DNA of 64,000 nt from the NCBI RefSeq assembly GCF_963506605.1, contig NC_083284.1, positions 10,602,001-10,666,000 of the forward strand, written 5' to 3'. This DNA comes from Zootoca vivipara (taxonomy: Eukaryota). The stretch's first letter is position 1, and every line of letters starts with the position of its first letter. A model generated the notes under the pieces. It had not been told where the DNA came from. It ran no database searches and saw nothing but the letters and a program-made list of their open reading frames with translations. Position numbers and translations under genes: made by a program. Below are positions 22,901 through 34,723 of this stretch, one piece after another.

Positions 22901-24853
22901 TTGCAGGGTTGTTGGAAGGATAAAAAATGGGTGGTTGTTTTTTTTTAAAAAAATTCCTTCCAGTAGCACCTTAAAGGTAAAGGTAAAGGGACCCCTGACC
23001 ATTACGTCCAGTCGTGACCGACTCTGGGGTTGCACGCTCATCTCGCATTATTAGCAGAGGGAGCCGGCGTACAGCTTCCAGGTCATGTGGCCAGCATGAC
23101 AAAGCCGCTTCTGACAAACCAGAGCAGCGCATGGAAACGCCGTTTACCTTCCCACTGTAGCGGTTCCTATTTATCTACTTGCATTTTGACATGCTTTCGA
23201 ACTGCTAGGTTGGCAGGAGCTGGGACCAAGCAATGGGAGCTCACCCCGTCACAGGGATTCAAACCGTTGACCTTCTGATCAGCAAGCCCTAGGCTCAGTG
23301 GTTTAACCCACAGCGCCACCTGGGTCCCCCCAGTAGCACCTTAGAGACCAACTAAGTTTGTCATTGGTATGAGGTTTCGTGTGCATGCCTCGTGTGTGTA
23401 TCTGAAGAAGTGTGCATGCACACGAAAGCTCATACCAATGACAAACTTAGTTGGTCTCTAAGGTGCTACTGGAAGGAATTTTTTTATTTTGTTTCGACTA
23501 CGGCAGACCAACACGGCTACCTACCTGTAACTAAAATGGGGAAAGTGTGCATGCCACCTTTCACTCTCTGGAGGAAAGGTGGGATAGAAATATAATAAAT
23601 TACAAACGGGTATCCTGTGTAACAGGCAACAGTTTGGTGCAGTTTTATAAAGACTGGAGTCCTTAAGGTGTTCCCAACTCATCTCTAGCCAAGCTACGAA
23701 CACCTTTGCATAGGAATTAGACATTTCTGCCCCATAAGTGCTCTCTGGTGTGTATACTAACTAACTGAAGCCATGCGGAAATGAACAGCTTCGGGGCCAA
23801 GCTGGGGAGATAGCAACTTCTCTGTACTCCAAAGCAGTAATATGAATGCACAAGAGTCTCAATACGCTTTCCTCCTTCCCAGCTTACTCTTTGGCATCCG
23901 ACGGGATCCTCCCTTTCAGTTGGACAGTCTCTCCATGCAGAAGGAGAAAATCCGTCGCAACCAGCCCCTAGAGAGGAGGGAAACACATCTTCAACTGCGG
24001 TGGTGGAATGGTGAGATTTAGGAGGGAAAGGGGCAAGAAAGTGAATGCTCTTACTTTCATTGGGTTGGAGTGAACCCGGGTCCATGGATCAATGAGGGCA
24101 CTTCCTAATACCTGTGGGACGGGACAAGAGGAAGGAGTCACCAATAAATCAATAGGCAGAAGCACTGAGCATTTCATTTGCTACAGCCAGTGTTGGGAAT
24201 CCAAGGGTTGTCAGATCTTTAGGACTAGCAGCCTGCTAGTCCCATATAGCAAGCAATTACTTCTCCCTCCTGCCATGTTATTCCCAGTAGCAACCTCCAA
24301 TTAAAAGTGCTGCATTCACTGACTCTTATAGGGAAGCCTAAAGACACTGCAAATAAATCGTTGTTGTTGTTTGCATACTCATGTTTCCAAGCCCTCTTCA
24401 AATCTTGCCTTTTCTGTGAAACCTCAACACCCATCCCTTCTACAAAGACTTTTTGAGTATGAACTGCATTGGCACACATTCGCCTCTTAAGTTACATTAC
24501 ACTCATCTCTCCCACGGGCAGACCTTTGATTGTAAGCTCTGCAGGGCAGAGACCATTCCCTCCCACCTTTATACTAGAAAGCACAACTGTATGGATAGCA
24601 CATCATTATTAACAGAGGACAGCCCTACTAACAATGCACCAAGAATAGGTTATCAAGAACCCCAAAGCAAGGGAAAGATAGAATGCAATAGTGACACATA
24701 CAAAATGTGCTTGTTTCCTAGCTGATACACCGCTTCCCCAAGAAACCTATTGATGCTTATAAGTTTCCGGCCTTGTTTAGGTCTTGCTGCTTGTAAAACA
24801 ATCTCAATCTCAGTAACCAAGGAGCAGCAATAAAGAGGACTCACGGGATCCAT
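19811..24853 (-). CDS. Galectin-1-like (16 kDa beta-galactoside-binding lectin/CG-16-like) copy B, 5 exons, 158 aa predicted
   Basis: join(24853..24845, 24111..24055, 23967..23888, 21573..21390, 19957..19811): MDP|VLGSALIDPWTRVHSNPMK|GLVATDFLLLHGETVQLKGRIPSDAKD|FVVNLGQDRDNLVLHFNPRFDYQTDDNTILNTIVCNSLQNGVWGKEQRITDFPFEQGAKVQ|LSFTFLSAEIKVKLAEGHEFTFPNQLGLKTIGYIRVEGDFRIRTLKFL*. Carries the full HxNxR...N...WGxExR signature. Confidence 0.92.
20144..20569. mobile_element. hAT-type MITE in copy B last intron
   Basis: CAGGGGCG...CGCCCCTG TIR with TSD TTCAGAGC. Confidence 0.8.
21390..21573 (-). CDS. Galectin copy B CRD core exon (184 nt)
   Basis: ttcaag|TTTT...GTTCAG|gtgag, encoding LHFNPRF, IVCNS, WGKEQR, FPF. 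Confidence 0.94.
21977..22254. mobile_element. Two tandem hAT MITEs sharing one target site
   Basis: ATATAGAC at 21969, 22111 and 22255. Confidence 0.85.
22974..23328 (-). mobile_element. Sauria SINE inserted in a Penelope terminal repeat
   Basis: Sauria consensus, (ACCTTT)n tail and TSD CCAGTAGCACCTTA. Confidence 0.9.
23329..23530 (+). mobile_element. Penelope-like element terminal inverted repeat
   Basis: Matches the Penelope 3' end at ~63470-63598, here arranged as a hairpin. Confidence 0.8.
23398..23435 (+). ncRNA. Minimal type I hammerhead ribozyme motif (Penelope-associated)
   Basis: GTAT-CTGAAGA-A-GTGTGCATGCACAC-GAAA-GCTC-ATAC. Confidence 0.65.
23888..23967 (-). CDS. Galectin copy B 80-nt exon
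   Basis: ctctctag|GGGCTG...AAAGA|gtaagc. Confidence 0.9.
24055..24111 (-). CDS. Galectin copy B extra 57-nt exon (VLGSALIDPWTRVHSNPMK)
   Basis: cttgtcccgtcccacag|GTA...ATGAAA|gtaaga, phase 0-0. Confidence 0.7.
24845..24853 (-). CDS. Galectin copy B exon 1 (MDP)
   Basis: gtcATGGATCCC|GTGAGT. Confidence 0.8.
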
Positions 24854-24965
24854 GACACAATCTTGCTCAGGTCCAGCAATGCCTTCTCCCTTCCAATCTC
24901 AGTTCTGTGCCTCAGCAAAAGAAGTACCAGCCAGCTACCTTGAAAAAAGAAAGTCCTCCCTGGTG

Positions 24966-25090
24966 CCTTTAAGTAGCTGGGGGGAAATGGACCACATGAC
25001 AAAAAGGGTCTGCTGTCACTGGAGCTCTGTAGAAATGCAAGGAGGAGGAAAATCAGGGTCAACAAGCAACACAGCTGGCCTGTTTTGAAT
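24966..25090 (-). promoter_or_regulatory. Proximal promoter of galectin copy B
   Basis: TACTTAAA (~24968-24975), E-box CACATG 24993-24998 and the shared TGACAAAAAGGGTCTGC block. Confidence 0.55.
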
Positions 25091-26988
25091 GCAGGAGAAC
25101 AGTGATTATTAACTCAAACAGCTGGTGCTATTTCTCCCCACTGCCCTTCACTCACCTGGTACCCTCCAGGTGCTTTGGCGGCTGCAGCTCCCATCAGCAT
25201 TAGAGCCCTCACCTGTGCAGGTTGGGGGTGATGATAGTTGTAGTCCAAAACATCTGGAGAGGACATCCTTGGCCCCACTCTTCCTCCAAGAAACCCAGGA
25301 TGGCATACATGGTTTCCTCTCATTCACATCACAGCATTAAGCCAGCAGGCAACTGATCCAATAGAAAACAAGGAATTCAGAGCAGGGTCTCCCAAACTTG
25401 GGCCTCCAGCTGTTTTTGGACTACAACTCCCATCATCCCTAGCTAGCAGGACCAATGGTTAGGGATGATGGGAATTGGACTCCGAAAACAGCTGGAGACC
25501 CAAGTTTGGGAAACACCCCGTTAAAACATTTTTATTCGTCTTCAGTGTGGAAGGGCTGGAGCAGGGGTCAGCAAACTTTTTCAGCAGGGGGCCGGTCCAC
25601 TGTCCCTCAGACCTTGTGGGGGGCCAGGCTATTGGGGAGGGGGGGTAGAACGAATTCCTATGTTCCACAAATAACCCAGAGATGCATTTTAAATAAAAGG
25701 ACACATTCTACTCATGTAAAAACACGCTGATTCCCGGACTGTCCGCAGGCCGGATTTAGAAGCTGACTGGGTCAGATCTGGCCCCGGGGCCTCAGTTTAC
25801 CTACCCATGGGCTGGAGAATAGAGCCTGGAATGTGGCTGAGTCCTGGGGGATTTGAACCCAGGACTCACCTGTCCCAGCCTGACATGACTCTAACCACTA
25901 CCCCACATTGGTTTCCAACGAACAAATATATTGTGACATAAAATTTTATAAATATAAAGATCATAAATACAAACATTTCTATGTATACAGATTTTTTTGG
26001 GGAAAGGATAATATTGGGTTGCATCAAATGTTAGTCCAATGCTTAGGGTGGGGGGTGAATTGAAATTAATCGACATTGTTGACAGGTCCATTAAGTTCTC
26101 CTCGTAGTTGGAGACAGACTCTCTACATAGACCCCGTGCAAGAGGCAGCAGCAAAAAAAAAGTGTCAGCAGCAATCTTGCAGCAATGTGAATCAGCTTGA
26201 AAGGCATCTCCAAAGATTCGCAGAGACCATTAAAAATCCCTCCGCCCTCGTGGGGTGCTGTTGCATCAGCTGTTGCAGATTCTGGAGCTGCCAATTTTTC
26301 CAATCAGGTTCTGCGGCTGTGCCTTTAACAGAAGCGGTTAAATGCAGCAACTGGGAGGTCAAAATTGCTTATCTCCCTGCAGTGGAAAGCTTCACCTACT
26401 CATTCATATAGTTCAAGGCATTTTTAAAGACACGTTTCCCAAAACAGTAGTAGAGTCACAAGTATCCTTTCCTAGTAAACATTTGTTTGCAATTTTGTTG
26501 CTTGCATATGCATTCACAAAGAAACTAACTGTCCCAATTCTGCAAAGGAGAAAATCATTCCTATCCTCTTCCCTCAAAGATGGACAGGTGAATTATTACT
26601 TTAGATTAGCCCTTTCAGGGACAGACACCTCCCCTGCACAACTTTGGTTACCTATAATGCTCTACTGAAACAGGGACAGGTGCAGATCAAACTCAAGAGC
26701 TGTGTTTTTGTATTTTTAGCTGTAAGCTGTCTGAAAGAAAAGGCAGGATAGAAATGATATTATGGTTATTACGATTATATATATATCAATAAAAGCTCTG
26801 CAGAGTTCTGCAGAACTTCCTTTGACTTTCTGGGATCTAATTGCACAGACCAAATCCCTTCTGTTTATTCATTTAAAAGTTTGTCCCTGTTATTAATTGT
26901 GCGAGCAGCTGAAGGGAACGAAGAGATGCTTATGGCAGAATGAAGACCCTTGTTTCCATCTGAGGCTGGTGGCATCACATTAGGTGAC

Positions 26989-27348
26989 GGTAAAGGTAAA
27001 GGGACCCCTGACCATTAGGTCCAGTTGCGGACGACTCTGGGGTTGTGGTGCTCATCTTGCTTTACTGGCTAAGGGAGCCGGCATACAGCTTCCGGGTCAT
27101 GTGGCCAGCATGACTAAGCCACTTCTTCCCGCTTCGGGTGAATCAGAGCAGCGCATGGAAACGCCGTTTACCTTCCCGCCGGAGCGGTACCTATTTATCA
27201 ACTTGCACTTTGACGTCCTTTCGAACTGCTAGGTTGGCAGGAGCTGGGACCGAGCAACGGGAGCTCACCCCGTCGCAGGGATTCAAACCGCCAACCTTCT
27301 GATCAGCAAGTCCTAGGCTCTGTGGTTTAAGCCACAGTGCCACCCGCG
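26989..27348 (-). mobile_element. Sauria SINE
   Basis: Family consensus, full length. Confidence 0.9.
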
Positions 27349-28991
27349 ACTGTACTGAAATAAGAATCACTGAAGTCAGGGGAGGATTTACTTCCAGGAA
27401 AGACTGAGAATAAGTGGATGCTGTCAGACTATTGGTCCATCTAGCTCAGTACTGTCTACACCAGGCATCCCCAAACTTCGGCCCTCCAGATGTTTTGGAC
27501 TACAATTCCCATCTCCCCCGACTGGTCCTGTTAGCTAGGGATCATGGGAGTTGTAGGCCAAAACATCTGGAGGGCCGCAGTTTGGGGATGCCTGGTCTAC
27601 ACTGACTCTCCAGAGTTTCAGACAGGGGAAACTCCCAGCCCTGGGAGGCAGAGGATTGCTGGACATTCCACATTCCCCACATTCAGTCTAAGTAAGCTTT
27701 ATGGCAAATGGATGGAAAATGTGTCCAAAATAGTGGCTGCAAGGAGTTTCGTTATGTAGCTCCATTTATTGAGTTGAGGCTTTCCACTGAAATACATTTA
27801 CCAATCCAAAAGTTGTTTCATTTTTGGTCACCTATCATTTAGCAGTACCTTAAATTTATAAAGGCCTTGAACATTTCATACCTGCGTTTTTCTCACATCC
27901 ACCCTGCGTCATGGGTGTGTTGGTTTGTTTTTGTCTCAAGGCTGTATTAATTAACAGTCTCATACATGCACCTCCTAGTTCTAAGTATTTCAGGGATTAC
28001 AAGGTTAAAGTGTCATGGGAATGCACACAGCCCGGCCCCTGAGTGCACTTATTTTGCTCATAGAAATGATTTAAAGTGGCTTAGAATGAAAGAAAATGCG
28101 AGTTGAACGCAAATACTGTAAGAATACGTAATACTAATGCTTGCGAGAATGACTCACTCAGCAAAGACGTGGTAGATTAGGAATAGCTAGCAGAATTTTC
28201 AGATCAGAACTAAGACGCTTGCAATTTGCAATACTGCATTCTCTCCAAACTCTGCATTTTTATTTTTATTTTCTTTAAAAAGGATGTTGGTGGCACATCG
28301 TCTATAAACCAGCCCTTACAAAGGTTTATTTGGGGTCAGCCTTTCTCAAGTTGGTGTCATCCAGATGTTCCGGACTTGTGCTGGTTCGAGCTGATAGGAG
28401 TTACAGCCCGCCCCAAACATCTGGAGGGCACCAGGTTGGAGGGGGGTGTACTGGACCACGGAAAATGTCTGGCAGCCTCTTGCAACATGGTGCTAGGGGA
28501 TGGAGTTTTTTTTTATTTAAAGGCTGTTGCAAAGCAGTGGGTGGAAAATAGCAGGAGCCAAAAGGAACTAGGAAATTGAAAGAACATGTGATTCCTGTCA
28601 TCAGACAGGCCGCTCTGTCTGAAACACTTTGAAGGAAATGTCTCCTGGGTGCTATCTGATACCTGCTGCAGACTCCCAGTTTCTCAATGCATCCTTCTGT
28701 CTTTTGCTCACTAATAACATTTATCCCAAGCACAGTTGTTCCAATGAGCGCATGTTTGGATTGCAGCATGCCAATCTCCATGAGGTAAGCCACCACATCC
28801 TTCCCTCTTTCTGCTCGGCGATTTCTTTACTTTAGTGCAGGCATCCCCAAACTTGGGCCCTCCAGCTGTTTTGGGAGTACAACTCCCAGCATCCCTAGCT
28901 AACAGGTCAGGGATGATGGGAATTGTAGTCCCAAAACAGCTGGAGGGCCGAGTTTGAGGGTGCCTGCTTTAGTGCTAAAGTATGCAGTGAT

Positions 28992-29335
28992 GGGATGTGG
29001 GTGGCACTGTGGGTTAGGACCTAGGGCTTGCCGATCAGAGGGTCGGCGGTTCGAATCCCCGCGACGGGGTCAGCTCCCGTTGCTCGGTCCCTGCTCCTGC
29101 CAACCTAGCAGTTCGAAAGCACTTCAAAGTGCAAGTAGATAAATAGGTACTGCTACAGCAGGAAGGTAAACGGCGTTTCCGTGTGCTGCTCTGGTTCGCC
29201 AGAAGCGGCTTTGTCATGCTGGCCACATGACCTGGAAGCTGTATGCCAGCTCCCTCGGCCAATAACGCGAGATGAGCGCCGCAACCCCAAAGTCGGTCAC
29301 GACTGGACCTAATAGTCAGGGGTCCCTTTACCTTT
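28992..29335 (+). mobile_element. Sauria SINE
   Basis: Family consensus. Confidence 0.9.
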
Positions 29336-29639
29336 AAGGATACTTTGTTGTAAAGGTAAAGGGACCCCAGTGATGATACTTTATTATAAAGAGCCTTCGA
29401 ACCTAGAAGGGTTTGTGACGATTTGATGCATTTTGCCACAATGGAGGAGGGAAGAATGTAGCTTTAACAAAATTATGAATGAATGAAGTTGGGTGACCCG
29501 AATAAAGCAATTTGGCAGGGGTGGGGCCCCTCAGAGTCTGGGAGTGAATGTGGACCTCCAGACCTCTTTAAATGGCCCTCTAAATTCTGCCCAGGCCATT
29601 CATTTCCAAATGTTGGAAATGTAAAGAGAAAGAAGGTTC

Positions 29640-30775
29640 TTTTTATCATATGTGGTGGTCTTGTAGTAAGGTTAAAGCTTACTGGGAAATGATATGTAAT
29701 AAATTGAAAAGGATGTTCAAAATGACTTTTATTTTATTTATTTTTTAAAAAAACAAAACCAGAAGCTGTTCTTTTGGGAATTATAGGGACAGAACTACCT
29801 AAATTGTATAGAAATTTATTCTTGTATGCTACTACAGCAGCAAGAATGTTAATAAATAATAATAATAATAATAATTTTTATTTATACCCAACCCTTCCCA
29901 ATTTGAAAACCGGGCTCAGGGCTGCCAACAGCAAATATGAAACATTAATTAAAAGCGACTTTAAAAACAGCTTAAAAACAGCATAAAATACAACATAAGT
30001 ATACCATCCATTTCAATAAAATTCAGGGTCATTTTTTGGGGGGGAAACCCAGTTTAGTAAACGTCAAGTAATCGCCAGGGCTAACTGGCCAATTTTGGTC
30101 CTGCTAGCGCCAGCAAGGAGACCAGGGAAGAGTTTAAATGTGGGGTCCCAAAAGAGTTTCTTCATAGAAAAAGGAACGGGAAAAGGGAATGGAGGATCAG
30201 GCTAATTAAAATTGAAGGCCAGGCGGAATAGCTCTGTCTTACAGGCCTTGCGGAAGGAGATCAAGTCCTGCAGGGCCCTAGTCTCGTGGGACAGAGCATT
30301 CCACCAGGTCGGAGCCATCACTGAAAAGGCCCTGGCCCTGGTGGAGGATAGTCTGGCTTCTTTAGGGCCTGGGACCCTTAAGCTATTATTATTCATGTCC
30401 CAAAATGAAATGAAGCAGAAGTCCCAGTAAAGGAAGAATGGATACAAAACCTTGATGGAATATTCAGAAAAAATAAGAAATCAAGATAACAAACTTTTTT
30501 ATGAAGGAATGGAAATGGTTTATTGACTATTTACAGACAAATTGTAAACAGATAAAAGCATTAGCAGGCTTGTTGTAATAACCTGCAGTTTTATAAGAGT
30601 ATATATTTACAGTAGATAGTTAAATGAGCAAGTTAAATGAATTTGGATATGCAGAAGATATGAAAAAATAAATCTAAGGAACTGCAGAAAGAGGGGGAAG
30701 GAAGTCAAATTTTGAAATGTTAAATGGATTGTAAAATTAATGAAATGTATAAATTTGAAAAGTATTTTTTTAAAA
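29640..30775 (+). mobile_element. L1 3' fragment interrupted by an inverted L2 3' end (~29855-30380)
   Basis: LFLYATTAAR motif on the plus strand; RAFSVMAPTWWNAL...FRKACKTELF on the minus strand. Confidence 0.65.
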
Positions 30776-31202
30776 ACAACACCTCTTGCTTTAGCTGAGA
30801 TTCCTGCATTTCAGGGGTTAGATGAAATGACCCTCTGGGTCCCTTCGAACTCTACAATTTTACTATTCTATTATTGTCTGGATGGAGGGCGGAGAGGACT
30901 GCCTGAATGCAGGTAAAAAGTAGCCTACTGAACAAAGGTAAAATTCACATTTGTGGCTCCGCCCACTTTTGCCTCTGGCCCCGCCTACCAGCAGCAGGAG
31001 GTCTTGGAAGGTTGCTCAGCCTGTGTTCCTCAGTCGGAAAAAGGTTTCCATCCCTGCAATTGCGGGAGAGGAAGAGAGGTACCCATTCCCGTTGCTGCTT
31101 TCCTTGGTGGTAGTTTGTTTTCATTGTGATGTCATTGGCCACATCAGCACTAACCCTGAGCTGTCCAAGTCCTCATGTGAGAGGGTGGTTGCTTTCTATA
31201 TA

Positions 31203-31650
31203 CAGTGGTATGTTGGTTCTCAAACTTAATCCGTTCCGGAAGTCCATTCCAAAACCAAAGCGTTCCAAAACCAAGGCACGCTTTCCCATAGGAAGTAATG
31301 CAAAACGGATTACAGTCGTACCTCGATTTACGACCCGCTCAGTTTGCGAACACTTCGGGTTACGAACTCTGTAAACCCGGAAGTGTTTTCGGCATGCGCG
31401 CCCCCCGCGCATGCGCAGAAGCGCGCACTCGGTTTGTGACCTTTTCGGGTTACGAACCGTGATCCGGAACGGATCGTGTTCGTAACCCGAGGTACTACTG
31501 TAATCCGTTCCAGACTTTTAAAAACAACCCCTAAAACAGCAATTTAACATGAATTTTACTATCTAACGAGAGCATGGATCCATAAAATGAAAGCAATAAA
31601 GCAATGTACTGCAGTCACACGATCAATCAATCAGTAGCTGAACTGGGCAG
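31203..31650. mobile_element. Tc1/mariner MITE with a second MITE nested at TA (31313-31500)
   Basis: CAGT...ACTG TIRs and TA duplication. Confidence 0.75.
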
Positions 31651-31949
31651 TGGTGGAGCTTCATGCTCTGACACCGGGGGCGGGGCTGGCGCCCATTCTG
31701 GAGGTGGGGCGCGCCTCCCTGAGGGGCAGGGCGTGCATTCTGGGGGCGGGGCGCACCTCCCAGAGGGGCGTGGTGCACATTTCGGGGGTGGGGTGGGCCT
31801 CCCGGAGGGCCGTGGCGCGCACAGGGTCTCAGCCTGCGTACCAGATGGAGCTGCCCTGGACACAGAATTGACCTGCGCCTCCATGGACAGCTGTGAGTCC
31901 AAAACTTCATATCCTCCAACATTTCTCCAATGAAAATAGGGATGTCCTA

Positions 31950-32291
31950 AGTGGCGCTGTGGGTTAAACCACTGAGCCTAGGGCTTGCCGATCAAAAGGT
32001 CGGCGGTTCAAATCCCCGCGATGGGGTGAGCTCCCGTTGCTTGGTCCCTGCTCCTGCCAACCTAGCAGCTTGAAAGCATGTCAAAGTGCAAGTAAATAAA
32101 TAGGTACCGCTACAGCGGGAAGGTAAATGGTGTTTCCATGTGCTGCTCTGGTTCGCCAGAAGCGGCTTTGTCATGCTGGCCACATGACCTGGAAGCTGTA
32201 CGCTGGCTCCCTTGGCCAATAACGCGAGATGAGCACCGCAACCCCAGAGTCGGTCACGACTGAATTGTCAAGGGTCCCATTACCTTTACCT
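31950..32291 (+). mobile_element. Sauria SINE
   Basis: Family consensus. Confidence 0.9.
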
Positions 32292-34660
32292 AAGTGAAAG
32301 TGGGACATTCCGTGATCAAATCGGAAACCAAAATGTCTTCTGTAAATCCGGGACTGTCCCTGGAAAATAGGGGCACTTGGAGGGTCTGGATTCCTGCATG
32401 CTCTTTTGGACTCACGTCTTTGTCCAAATGCTTTGGGAAGATTGGCCCCTTTGGGAATGAAGACGAGAAATAAATACGAGTCTCCTTCTTGACTTGTGTT
32501 CCCTCTCTCTGACTATTAATGTTCTATAGGTGGCTGCTGGGAACTATTAATCCATCTCCACTAGTCAGCAGAGGAGGCATTTCCCTCAATTTGGTCCCAT
32601 TTTATTGATTACTTGGTGTGCACTTAAGTGCTGCTGAAAGGTGATAAGAGCTGACAGGTCTGGAGAGCAAAGAGCTGTCTCCTCGCAGCTTCCTCCTTGC
32701 CCTGATAAACTGACAGAGGAGCTCAAATTCCTGAGGCCTGAGGATTCCTGTCCTTTGCGCCCTGATGGGATTGTTGAGACAATCTCCCCGCTCTGTGGGG
32801 GGGACAGGGGGTGGGCTCTCCTCAAATTAGCTTTTTACTTTGAAGCGTGCCAGTTCCACCAAGTGTGCGTGATGATGCCTGCCGAACCCAATCGCCCTGG
32901 GGTGCGTTTGAAGGAACAAACATAGACCTCTTATATCCAAGATCTGTGATAAAATAGGTACATCTGTCTTGAGGAGAGCTATGAGTCAATCTAGAATTCT
33001 TCCTCTTCTACATCCTCTTTTCCATTTGGCATTTTTTAAACGTGGCACAGATGGGCCAGAGGCAAAAAAATAAATAAATCTTATTTTGCACATGTTCCTT
33101 AAGCATGTGCTGCATGCTTGGTTGTAGAACAGCTGTATGAAAGTTACTGGTTCTTTCTTATTCTCAGAATAACATTCGGTTTTGAATGGTCCTATGGGTT
33201 TTTTTTTATAAAAAAAACCTTTCCACCAAGACAAATGGGTTCAATAAAGGTCATCCATTCACCTGCCTTCTGCTTATAGGTTTTTTAAAAACACATTTAT
33301 TAATTACCTTTCCAATAACAGAGCTAGTGAGGCACAGTGGTTGGACTAGGAATGAGAAGACCCGGGTTCAAATCCCCACTCAACAATGAAGCTCACCAGC
33401 CAGAATCCAGTCACATCTTTCAGCCTGCCCGCCTCACAAGGCTGTTGTTGGTTGAGGCGGGGACCAGGTCACACCTGTAGTTTGTTTGCTTCCAGACCTT
33501 TATATATTGAAGTTTAACCTAGTATTTGCATTAACGCTTGGAGTCAACACTTGGAGTTCCAGTTAGTATCTTATCTATGAATGCGATCTAAGTATGTTTT
33601 TGTAAGTGCATTGTTGTCCTTTTTTTTAATGGTATAAGAACTGATGACATATTCCTTTATAATAGACAGCATTCTACTCACTGAAGAAGCCAGTTCCAGC
33701 AAAACAAGGTATATAACCTGGGTAACCTTGTCTCGTCTTTTTTGTCACCATCCATTGTTGCTTCTCATTTTCATTTGGATACTCCATTGCCACCGTCATT
33801 TTTTTTACCACAATTGGGTGCTCCGTTGTTACCTAGATCCTTATTCATCTACAGTACTTGAAAACATCTTGGAACCTTTTCATATCCCATATGGATGCCC
33901 TATATAAGCTGTATTTAAGACTTGATACTTTTTGGGCTGTTATTTGGACTGAATCTCATCATACGTTTTTCTATGATGTTTGAATGTTACATATTCTTGT
34001 GTGTATGATTTTCTCATTTTGTGTTATAAGTCTATAAATTGGTGACTGAGAATATCGGCCGGTTACACACACATACATACACAACCCAAACCTTAAGTCT
34101 TTAAGATGATATACAACACGTTAAAAACCAATCCGTCACAGCAAGAAAACACTATTTGGCAGCAGGAAAGACGCTTATTAACCTGCTCTCACAAATGCTT
34201 TCGAAAGAAAAGATTTTCTGATAGCAGCCACCTTCACGCAATTAGAATTTCCAGATTTCCTTGGCTGAAAAAAACATAAAAGGTCTGAAACAGGTTTAGC
34301 AGAGGAGAAACTGGTTTGTCTGGGCACAGAAGTCATCAGTTAACTCCAGATGCAAGGCGCATAATGAGTTGTTAGCTGCAGATTTATGACGTATCTGCAA
34401 ATAAAAATATGCAGTTTACATGGCAGTCTTCATTCTTAACTATGTTTTAGGACATACACTGTGAACTACAGCCAATTAATTCACTTATTAAATGTATATT
34501 TGTTTCCTGTGTCACAGCAAGAAATAGGACTTGTCCCATAAATTAGCCCCAGTCAGACGAGTCTATATCTTCAGATCCCGAAATCTTCCTTCTGGCTTTG
34601 GCGAAGATCAAATGTCATTTACAGACAAAAAAGAATCTGTATACTGACAATCGGTTGGTT

Positions 34661-34661
<1 letters not shown>

Positions 34662-34720
<59 letters not shown>
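34662..34720. repeat. (CT)n microsatellite
   Basis: Directly visible. Confidence 0.95.

Positions 34721-34723
<3 letters not shown>

Noticed and set aside
5797-24853. A single tandem-repeat (two-CRD) galectin joining B and A
   Set aside because: Each CRD has its own stop, poly(A) signal, promoter and first exon.
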